From the NCBI GenBank assembly GCA_001600815.1, contig BCKZ01000014.1, forward strand, positions 62,001-126,000: DNA of 64,000 nucleotides. The letters are read 5' to 3'. Positions 1 to 9,979 of the stretch are shown here, piece after piece (within the stretch, counting starts at the first letter, position 1; each line of letters starts with the position of its first letter). This DNA is from Alloascoidea hylecoeti (taxonomy: Eukaryota). The notes under the pieces are model-generated. The model did no database searches. It was not told the DNA's origin and worked only from the letters and a program-made list of their open reading frames with translations. The position numbers and the translations under genes are program-made.

Positions 1-707
1 TCGCTGGCACTCGCCAAAATGGGCTCGACGTACCCAACCTGGTAAAACCGAAGATACGTCCAACTCACGAAAAACCCACTCCATCCCTGGACAAATAGTC
101 TGACACTTCCAAACACAATAGATGCCCCACTTATTAAAACTAGAAATAATACCGCCAAGTGTTTGACCCGAATCCTGATCAGTCCTTTGAACAGAACAAT
201 CGAGTGTTCAGGGATTAACTGTTTAAATGCAACTAAATATCCAACATTGATCGATAGACATCCATCATAGGCAACTCCTTCGTCTTCTTTTTGGAAAAAC
301 AACAATGATATAAATAATAATGATAAATTCGACAATACAATTAATAAAATTATAAATTTAATTGATTCGGATATACCCCAAACTCTTTCTGTATACCGAA
401 CGCCATAAAAACATATAATTATTGTTATTAAATATCCTAATATGGTTGATTCAATTAATCCACTTGTTAGTATTGTCCAAAATGTATATTTAATTAAATT
501 TGGGACCATTTGAAAAATTGGAACAATGATTTGATTAAATTCAATATTAGCTTCTTCTACATTTGAATTTGGATCCACTTGTGATGATGATACTTTAGAG
601 TATGATGTTATTCGAATACAAAATACAATAATTGATAGTATTGTAATTATTGATAAGAAAAATCTAGTAACTGGTGGTACTGATGCTCTTGATGAGAAAA
701 CTCCCAT
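1..707 (-). CDS. TMEM115/DUF1751 (YOL107W-like) Golgi membrane protein, 3' end outside window
   Basis: Not in the ORF track. Manual translation from ATG at 707 is open to the window edge: MGVFSSRASVPPVTR...YTERVWG...LVAFKQLIPEH...RVKHL...VSWTYLRFYQ, all family motifs. Divergent from an INO4-like gene, as in S. cerevisiae. Confidence 0.85.
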   Translation of the reverse strand, partial: MGVFSSRASVPPVTRFFLSIITILSIIVFCIRITSYSKVSSSQVDPNSNVEEANIEFNQIIVPIFQMVPNLIKYTFWTILTSGLIESTILGYLITIIICFYGVRYTERVWGISESIKFIILLIVLSNLSLLFISLLFFQKEDEGVAYDGCLSINVGYLVAFKQLIPEHSIVLFKGLIRIRVKHLAVLFLVLISGASIVFGSVRLFVQGWSGFFVSWTYLRFYQVGYVEPILASAS

Positions 708-861
708 TTTTCCTTGTTTTTTTTGCTTCTTGGGGGCTTGACTATACTCCTAAATAAAAATTAGTGTGTATCCCGGACGGGTAGGGTAATCCATACTTAC
801 CCGGCCTCGGCTTCTAATTATAAACCATGTTAAATATGTCATACACACAAATTATATATAA

Positions 862-1534
862 ATGACTTCTCCTTTAATTCCTGGAAACGCAGAAAAGAGA
901 CCTTCAATTGTTGCAGATACTCCAACTAAAAGAGCAAGACGGAAAAACAGTGATGTTTCCTCTGATTTAATTCATGATCAATCACAATCAACAACACAAT
1001 TACAATTACCATTACCATTACAATCTCAATCAACAATTATGAATAATAATAATATAAATATGATAAATGATACAAATGAGGATAATCGATTAATCAATGG
1101 TTTTAATAAACAACAGGGGGCTTTATTAACTGAAGATCAAAAAAAAGTATGTATGGTTTGTTTTTTTTAAGAATGTTATTGGAAATAGCTTACTGATTTT
1201 AGGATTAGGCAAATCATATTGCTTCTGAAAAGAAAAGAAGACAAGCAATTAGAGAAGCTTTTAAAAGACTCGTTGATATAGTTCCGGATTTACAGGAACA
1301 TGAAGGACGTAGTGAAGCTACTGTTTTGAAAAAATGTAAGTAATGAAGTTTTAAGGGTTTTGTGAAAATTGGAGAACTAATATTATGAAATTAGCTGTGG
1401 TATATTTACGAGAATTACTTGATGAAAATACAAGATTAGCTGAAGAAGCAGAAAGAAGAAATTTAACAGTTCCAGCAGAAATGATTGTTGAAAGGAATTT
1501 GGATGTTGGAATTGATGTTGAAGAAGAAGATTAA
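862..1534 (+). CDS. INO4: bHLH transcription factor, INO4-like; 3 exons (862-1146, 1209-1335, 1395-1534)
   Basis: Introns GTATGT..TACTGAT..TAG (1147-1208) and GTAAGT..AACTAAT..TAG (1336-1394). Splicing restores EDQKKANHIASEKKRRQAIREAFKRLVDIVP...SEATVLKKSVVYLRELL (bHLH). Synteny with the YOL107W-like gene. Confidence 0.8.
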
Positions 1535-1756
1535 TTATAAATTTTATATAAATACCGGTAATTGTATTTTATTGTATTGTGTGTGTTCTTTTTGTTCTAA
1601 TTATAATTTTTGATGTTTTGATGTTTGATGTTTGAACTTTGCAGCCACGTTCGATTACTTTCCCTCATACAACCCAAACTCGAAATTAATCCATTTCAAA
1701 AACACTCTCTCTCATTTCATCTTTTTCATATGGTATAAAAAGGATAAATAAAAGAG

Positions 1757-3058
1757 ATGTCATCATTATCTTCACCATATCGACCAAGATCTAGAAAAAC
1801 TTCTCGCCTTTCAGGTTGCTTATCTGCTCCTTTTTCTTCAACCGCCCGTTCATTAATTTCAATGTCAAAAGTTAGAAAATGGATTTTAATTCCTATAATA
1901 ATTTTTGGAATTTTATCTTGGTTTTTTATTTGGGAAACTACATTTAATGATAATCAATTTTTAAAAAAATTATCAAATCAAAATGGAAATCAAAATGGAA
2001 ATGGTGAAAATATTGAAAAAATAAATAATGAAGATTTAAATAAAAAATTTAAAAAGGCAACATCTCGTTATTTTTTCCCAAATATTGCAGATATTTTAAT
2101 AATAAAATCAAATCCTGATGGTTTAATACCATTAAATTCAAAACAATTAGAAGATTTTGAATCATTAACAAATGAAAATAAAGAAATTCCACCAATTTTA
2201 AAAGCTTTAAATGAATATTTTGAAATGTCTGAATCAATTTATTTAAATTCAAAACCATCAATTGTTTTAGTAACTGGATTAAATTATGATATTTATGAAC
2301 CATTACATTTACAACAAATTATCCAAAATAGAGTTGATTATGCTAGAACTCAAGGTTATGGAGTTTATATTAAATATTTACAGGAATATTTACCAAATTT
2401 AAAAGATACAATAAAACCAATTCAATGGAGTAAATTATTATTAATGAGAGATGCATTAACTGCTTTTCCAAATGCAAAATATTTTTGGTATTTAGATGAA
2501 AATTCAGTTATAATGAGAACTGATATTGATTTATATGATTATTTATTATCATCAACATCATTAAATTCATTAATGTTAAAAGATATTCCAATTATACCAC
2601 CAAATGGTGCAATAAAAACTTATAAAAATTCAATTGTGGATGAATTAAAATTTTTAATAACTCAAGATTTAAATGGTTTAGATACTTCATCTTTTATAAT
2701 TATAAATTCTCCTTATAGTAAAGCATTATTAGAAATTTGGGTTGATCCATTATATAGAAAATTTTCAAAATTTTCTGAAGCTGAAGGTAGTGCTTTAGAA
2801 CATTTATTACAATGGCATCCTGTTTTATTATCAAAAACTGCTTTAATTCCTCCAAGAACAATTGCTTCAAGACGTCCAAAAAATATTGATAAATTAAAAG
2901 GTGATCCCAATGATAATAGTTTAATTGATGATAAATTTGAATATCATTTAGGTGATTTAGTTGTTAGTTTGAAAGATTGTGAGGAACAAGGTCCACAAAT
3001 TTGTGCTTTATGGTTTCAAAGTTACTATAAAGAATTACATTCTGATGATGAAAAATAA
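1757..3058 (+). CDS. MNN11: GT34 alpha-1,6-mannosyltransferase, mannan polymerase II subunit (Mnn11-like)
   Basis: Type II membrane protein with IIQNRVDYA..QGYGVY, W.K...MR.A...FP.AKYFWYLD and EHLLQWHP motifs. Confidence 0.7.
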   Translation: MSSLSSPYRPRSRKTSRLSGCLSAPFSSTARSLISMSKVRKWILIPIIIFGILSWFFIWETTFNDNQFLKKLSNQNGNQNGNGENIEKINNEDLNKKFKKATSRYFFPNIADILIIKSNPDGLIPLNSKQLEDFESLTNENKEIPPILKALNEYFEMSESIYLNSKPSIVLVTGLNYDIYEPLHLQQIIQNRVDYARTQGYGVYIKYLQEYLPNLKDTIKPIQWSKLLLMRDALTAFPNAKYFWYLDENSVIMRTDIDLYDYLLSSTSLNSLMLKDIPIIPPNGAIKTYKNSIVDELKFLITQDLNGLDTSSFIIINSPYSKALLEIWVDPLYRKFSKFSEAEGSALEHLLQWHPVLLSKTALIPPRTIASRRPKNIDKLKGDPNDNSLIDDKFEYHLGDLVVSLKDCEEQGPQICALWFQSYYKELHSDDEK

Positions 3059-3976
3059 AATATAATCATATAACTTATATATTAAAAAGGTTAAAAACTA
3101 TATATTTCATAATATATATTAGTATTTATATAGCTGGTTCAAGTTTAACTTTACACTTTTCTAATATCAATATCACTCCAATACATACAATTTTAGAATG
3201 TCCTTGGGATAGTATAAGGTTTTGTAGATAATTTCTACACAATATTGCAATGTAGAAGGCACATAATCCTAATTCCAGTTCCACATGTGCTCAATTGGAT
3301 TCGATTCGATTCAGATCCAGCGAAAAGGGTTGGTTGCTAACCAGGAGGTTTTAATATATTGTTTTTAGGTATACGAGAGACGCAAATTGATTAGCCTCAA
3401 TTGACCGTATATTTGTAATGTAAAAAATTAATATGAAGTTTGAAAAAATTATCAATTTATAGTGATAATGATATGATATATAAATTAAAAAAAAAATAAC
3501 AATATTATATAGAATTAATAGTTATAAAAATTGCATATTATTAGTATTTTGTTCAATTATTTAGATTATAATTACGCATATATTTTGGAATTATATAATT
3601 TAACCTATACATGTATTTGAGTACGATTCTGTTAGTTTGAGATATATTAGTGCTGGATGTTGTAAAAAGTTGTTCGGGGATAGAGTGACTATTTTAAGAA
3701 CATCTTAATTAGGCCTTGTAAGGTAATTAGTAACCGATTATAATCTTTCCATTTATATGTGAAGTGGTGAAACAAAAGTAAAGTACCAGTTTAATATTCT
3801 TGGTTCATTACCATTAAGATATTTCCTTAATCATATGCATAATCAATACGATTTTTAAATTAAAATCTCTAAACATGTCAATACAATAATTTATAACAAT
3901 TTAGTTATAAAAAAACCATATTCAGGATTTCATACGTATACTTTAATGGCTTCCAACTTCCAACAATTTCAATAAC

Positions 3977-4108
3977 ATAATCCTTTTTGGTATTAACCAT
4001 CACACACTTATATTTGAATTTAACACCCATAACACAAATATATTATCACATGATGGATCAAAAATAAAAAATTAACCCAATTAAATAGCTTCAGGAAAGT
4101 AGAATCAT
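3977..4108 (+). repeat. Degenerate copy C of dispersed ~170-bp repeat R1
   Basis: Collinear blocks shared with 9348-9520: TAATCCTTT..TATTAACCATCA, CCATAA.ACAAATAT..TCACATGA, CTTCAGGA. Confidence 0.55.
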
Positions 4109-4550
4109 CATTATAAAAAAAGTATACCCTCCTATTTTATGAATATAATCCATATTATAATCATCGATCATTGATGGTTTCCGTGTAAAACTATATTCCT
4201 CTAGCTACCACCTCTGGCAAAAGTTTAAATCTACTTAACTGAACTCGATGATACGAATGAAATTTACGAGTCGAAACTATTTATTTTTTTAAAGACATGC
4301 ACATTGGTTTTTCAAACTGCCTTATTAAGCACTGCATAAGCAGCATTAACCTGGATTAGCTATAAATCCTTAATTACGAGTTTCGTAAAATTACAAGTTA
4401 GGCTTGATTAAAACCTTGCAGTTTATTAGGTTGAAAAGGGTTAACCCGGAACAGAGGTGGGGTATATTCCGGGATTGTGAAATATAAGAATCTTATACAT
4501 CGATATCTATTATCCACAACCTTCCCATTACCAGTTAAATCATTTCTTTA

Positions 4551-5108
4551 ATGTCTCCATCAATTAAAATCGGTGATACTTTACCATCAACGAAATTCAC
4601 TTACGTTCCTCCTTCTTCACCCACAGATCATAATGATGATATCTTATCTTGTGGTTTACCAATAACTTATAAAACTGATGAACATTTCCCAAATCGAAGT
4701 ATTTTAATTGTAGCAGTTCCTGGTGCTTTCACTCCAACATGTACAGAACAACATATTCCTCAATTTCTTGAAATTCAAAACATTCATAAAATTTTTTCAA
4801 AAGGTATTGATGAAATTCTTATAATTAGTTCAAATGATGCTTTTGTTTTAAATGCATGGGGTAAAGCATTAACAAAAGAAGTAACATTAAAATCAGAAAT
4901 TAAAAATCGATTATTATTTTTATCTGATCCAAATGCTGAATGGTGTAAAAAATTAGGATTAAGCCAAGATGGAACTGCTAGAGGAATGGGAATTAGAACT
5001 AAAAGATTCGCAATGATTGTTAAGGATAGTGTTGTTAGTTATTTAGGAGTGGAAAGTGGAAGAGAGGTTGGTGTTAGTGGTGCTGAAGCCGTTATTTCAA
5101 AATTATAA
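4551..5108 (+). CDS. Peroxisomal peroxiredoxin (Prx5/AHP1/PMP20 family)
   Basis: VPGAFTPTCTEQHIP active-site motif, NDAFVLNAW, and a C-terminal PTS1 (SKL). Confidence 0.92.
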   Translation: MSPSIKIGDTLPSTKFTYVPPSSPTDHNDDILSCGLPITYKTDEHFPNRSILIVAVPGAFTPTCTEQHIPQFLEIQNIHKIFSKGIDEILIISSNDAFVLNAWGKALTKEVTLKSEIKNRLLFLSDPNAEWCKKLGLSQDGTARGMGIRTKRFAMIVKDSVVSYLGVESGREVGVSGAEAVISKL

Positions 5109-6573
5109 TACATTTAGGTGCTTATAATTATATAAGCCTTATATTATATAAGCTCATAATTATGGTGGAAAATGACATTGGAATTATAAATTATTATTGT
5201 ATATTCTTTAGATTAAAAGTTTATTTCGATCTCATCAAGGTATATTCTAAAATCTAAAATATCTATCAATTACTAGAGAAGTAAAACTGTAATGGTTGAT
5301 TGTGCACTTAGTTTAAATGAGCAAATATGTAATAATGCATTTGATAAGATAGTTCCTAATATTGATAATGCATATGCTGAATATTATGATAAACTGAATA
5401 TGATTACGGTATACGAACATGAGCAAACCATTAAATTGTATTGAAGTTTAAGATTTTAGAGTCGTGGTTTGGTGAATCAATTGGGTTAGATAAAGAATCT
5501 ACAGTTACGTATAGATAATTAGTTATCCCCCAGAATTGGAGCTGATATAATGAAACTCGTAATTCTTGTGGTGTAAATGCGATGTGGAAGAAAAAAACTA
5601 TTCGTGGATTTTGACAAAATAAATTACAGTGGGAAAGTTTCCAAATAATATCAAATGATAAATCGAATTCGTGTAGGATTACAATAAAACAAAACATAAT
5701 AAAATCATATAGGCCTATATATTAAAGGTCTAGATCAGATAACGGTAGTTCTATTGGATTCTCAATTACCTCATGGTACAGGGCCTACTACAGGCCCTAC
5801 TAAATGGGTTTCAATCAGATCGCTAAATAATTTTATAGAATAGCGGTAATTCATTTCGAACATAACACCAACTTGCGACCAACCAATTGCTACAAATAGC
5901 ACTAATAAATTCTCCTAGGTAAGGCTGAATAATTTCCCGCAAAATCGCTAATGAATTGCGGTCATTCCCTAGTCGAGATAGTAGAAGAGAGGAGGAGATA
6001 AAGGGGAGATCTAAGAAGGAAAAGACTAATATCCACACAACTACTAGTAATCTGCATTATATTTAGAATCACTATCGTATTAATTACGGTAATTAATTTC
6101 TGTATCGCTAAATATTTTCGAAAAATAGCACTTTTAATAGTGGAAAAACATCTAAACTTCACCCGTAATATGCGTCACCATGCACTTTAATGTATACAAG
6201 TCCAAAAAATATGTAAAAATCAAATATTTCTTGCTGTCATGTCATGCGGTGCGTTCGTTCTTATGATCTTAAGGTTTTATCGTTCTTCTTATTATAATTG
6301 TAATCATGATTAATACCTTGGAAGAAGGGCTTTGGGCAGATTTAATCTAATGATAACAACTCTAATCAAGTTATAGGATAACATAAAAAAAAATGGTAAT
6401 GAACAATGATGAAATGAAATTGTATGAATTTAAACTTATGATAAACTTTCATATCTAAACACATAATTAATCTTAGCAAATTTATATAAATCAAAAGAAA
6501 AATCCAATGGAAAACCTCAAAGTCGCCAAGATTCAATATTTTCCCCATCGAAATTGATACTAATATAATATTC

Positions 6574-7047
6574 ATGATGACTGAATCACCAAAATTGAAG
6601 ATAGTAAACGAGATCTCAGCTTGGGTTGGTACACCTGTTGACGAAAGAGATCCTGACGATTATGGATTTTATCATATTTTCTATTATGGTGAAGATGGAA
6701 CTTATAAATACAGATATGATGAAGTTTTTAATCTTCCAGATATTAAATCAATGACTCAATACATGCAAGATTGCTGCTATTCATTGTATGATGATGGTAC
6801 TATGTGGGGCACTAAACATTTTATAACAGATTCAGGAAAAGATGAATTGGTAGCAGTTTTAAAATTGAATGATGCTTACGTTGAAAAAAAGAAATTCAAG
6901 GATATATACCCCGATCCTATACTTTCTAGTAAAGATAGAAAGGAAGTAAATCTAAAAGGGGAGGTATTCGTTGATAAAGTAGGAACTTTGAATATACGTT
7001 CTTCTGAATGGTCCCCTCAATCTCTCTTCCTTTCTTCCAATTTATAA
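6574..7047 (+). CDS. Hypothetical protein (157 aa), possibly the 3' remnant of a longer gene
   Basis: ORF has protein-like composition but no recognised motif; coding-like frames interrupted by stops lie upstream. Confidence 0.35.
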   Translation: MMTESPKLKIVNEISAWVGTPVDERDPDDYGFYHIFYYGEDGTYKYRYDEVFNLPDIKSMTQYMQDCCYSLYDDGTMWGTKHFITDSGKDELVAVLKLNDAYVEKKKFKDIYPDPILSSKDRKEVNLKGEVFVDKVGTLNIRSSEWSPQSLFLSSNL

Positions 7048-8153
7048 ATCTGCAATTGTGATAGAATAAACTGAAAGGCTAGAAGTTAATAGTTGTCAAT
7101 TTACCTGTGATCGGAAGCTCACATTGATCTGGTAATATGTTAGGTATCTATAATATACAACTGTCAGTACTGTTCTGTTTCCACTTGTTTGTGCTAAATT
7201 CCCCTCATAGTTTCGTTTTGCTATCAAGAGGACTTTTATTTTTTTAGTGTCCTTGTTTTTCTTCAGAAGTTTAATATAATTTTTATTCTCTCCATTATAT
7301 AGTAAAAATTACATCTATCATATTTTGTTTGATTTGGATCGTTGTTTCCTAATCGTGGGCTCACCATTAGCCAAGAACGTAACGCAATACCTAACCACCT
7401 AGTCATACTACCCACCGCAGATTACTCGGTAGAAACATATATGATAATACACGGCAATTTCAGCTGTTTAGGGTCCACTGGCAAATATTTTAAATGGCAT
7501 CTTAACCACTAAAGTTGTTAGGGCAGTTGCACTGCGGGATTTTTAGCTAAGTTGTAAACTGAAATAAAATAATGAAGCTTTTAACCTATTAGTTATAATT
7601 GATAAAACTAATTTATTAAGGGGGTAAATACTTGTGTTTATATACTAAATAAGAAAGTAATTATAAAGAACTTATCACTTATATCGGATTAAGGACGGTG
7701 AATCAGCGTTGATACTCTTTGGTTATCAGATCAAGGATAGGGAAACATCTTGAATAGTTTAATATCAATAGGCTTTATCGTTAACATATTACATATGATC
7801 TATTAGAAAAATGAAGTTTGCAATTGTAAATTAGTTGCTTAGATTGTATATATAGAAAGAATACGTAATAAAGAGAATAATGATATTTAATATGATGATA
7901 TAAACACGGTAAATGATACCGATATATTATATATATATATATCAATGCCTTAAAGGGAAAGTGATGTTAGCTTAAGCCTTAAAGATATATATTAAGCTTT
8001 AGTATTCAATCAAGCTAATGGTTTAATAGATCAATTATCATTAAAAAGATGTTTTATAAATTGGGCGACGATCACTCTTTTTTTATAATTATTCTACCGT
8101 TCAGATAATCTCTACAAAGAACAGTTAACATTAATATCAGTAATTGAAACATA

Positions 8154-8396
8154 ATGATACCTTCTAGGATATTAATGGTAATTATGTTCGCGGGCTCAGC
8201 ATCCATCGGGTTTGCACAACCGGTTCCGGTTGAAAATATTAGTCAAAGCAACACAGCACCAGTAATTTCCCCCTCACCGGCAATTCAACGTTCTGGAGGT
8301 GCAGGTGCTCGTTGCCTTAGGCCTCAAGATTGTCAACAAGGGTTAGCTTGTCTAGGAGGTTTTATTAAACGGGGAACCTGTGTGAAGGGGAAATGA
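8154..8396 (+). CDS. Small secreted cysteine-rich prepropeptide (80 aa)
   Basis: Hydrophobic signal peptide (about 1-21), Pro/Ser-rich spacer ending in QR, then a basic Gly-rich domain with C-x5-C-x5-C-x9-C. GC-richer than its flanks; TATAAA at about 8055. Confidence 0.65.
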   Translation: MIPSRILMVIMFAGSASIGFAQPVPVENISQSNTAPVISPSPAIQRSGGAGARCLRPQDCQQGLACLGGFIKRGTCVKGK

Positions 8397-9347
8397 CTCT
8401 CTACCGGTATTGGCCTACGGAACCGGTCGAATTACGTAAAGTGGTGTTTTTTTTTCAAACATGAATTCCAAAACCAACAACAAATATAATTTATAATAAA
8501 TACTATAATTATAATATACTTAATCGCCTAATTCTGATAAAGCTCTATGTGTTTTTTGTTGTAGTGTAAATGATTTTCCATTATTTAGTGTATTTAGTTC
8601 CAAACCAACACTATTTTTCAGTATCTATTATTAGCTAGATTTTAAATTTGGGTATCATTGGATGTGTCTAAGTTTGATGATACTTTAGGTTTATTTGTGA
8701 CACCGATCAATTCCTAAATTTCCCGATGTCAGTCCACATTGTTTGATAGTTTATTGTTTAAAAGGTTATAATATGATACTATATTGTTTGTTATCCTATC
8801 TATTCTTTATGTCTTTGTTTATGTTCCTATGTATTTAAAGAGAAACTTTCCTACGTAAAATTAGAAACCTCATTCGATTATCTTCTTCCCCTTATCTTTA
8901 AATAAAATAAATATCTAAAAATATCTAAATTCACTTAATTGTGAATAGATATTACTATAGTATGCGAATTGAGAATATTTATAAATTTTTGCCGGAACAC
9001 TAGCACTTGTGAAACCACCATTATTAATATAATATTGCCTTCCTTTTTGTTTAGCCACCTAATGATATACTCAGATGTAGCATAGCACCAGTCCTGGTAG
9101 TATAATATCCCACACTCAGAATTGGTTGTATACACCAGTGTTGATGAATCCACCATTTGTGACAGTAACAAATGTAAATAGAGGTGTATTGTTCATATCT
9201 TGACCAATCCTTTAGTTAATTTATCTACAATTGTAATATTTTATTTTGTTAACCATATTTTTATTAAATGTATTGAACTAATTGTAAATAAATAATAAGA
9301 TCAATAAAAAGAAAATGATCATAATAAAATTATCTCTCTAACAAATA

Positions 9348-9520
9348 ATAATCCTTTCAAATATTAACCATCAGAATTTCAAATAATTTAATCGAATATA
9401 ACCTGAGTTTAACAAGTCTCGATATTTCACCATAATACAAATATCATCACATGAGATATGTGATGGGTTGAAAATCAAAAGTGACTCAATTTTTGACTTC
9501 AGGAGGGTGGATCATAAAGC
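9348..9520 (+). repeat. Dispersed ~170-bp repeat R1, copy A
   Basis: High-identity inverted match to 21512-21676, e.g. GGTTGAAAATCAAAAGTGACTCAATTTTT..GACTTCAGGA. Confidence 0.9.
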
Positions 9521-9979
9521 TATGAGAATAACCAAAAAGTTCATCATGGTTAGGATGGATCAGTATAGTAGATTGGATCCGCTATTTTCAGGAAGCGATC
9601 TACAAAATAACCTATAATAACAACATCATCATAGGTTAAGGTCGGATGGTAAAGAAAATGGATTGATTTTATATTCCACACGCGATTTCAATTTCATACT
9701 ATAATATTCATGGGCACTGGGCAGTCAATTCCGGGAGAACCTTACGAGATGCACCGTTTATACAGTTTTGTCCAGAAGATCTTAATTTTAGTGATAGTGT
9801 ATAAAGCTGGTTAATTTAAAATGTAGTAGCCGTACAACTGAGAACATGCGTAGAAACCAGCACTAGTATACTCAAATATGTATATTCCAAAATATATGCT
9901 TAACTATAATCTAAATAATTGAACAAAATGCTAATAATATGCAATTCTTATAAATATCAATTCTATAACATTGTTAATC

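Noticed and set aside
8935..9200. Coding-like minus-strand fragments with two NGGF motifs; similar scraps at 24674-24865 and about 25880-26035
   Set aside because: Too short and broken to assign.
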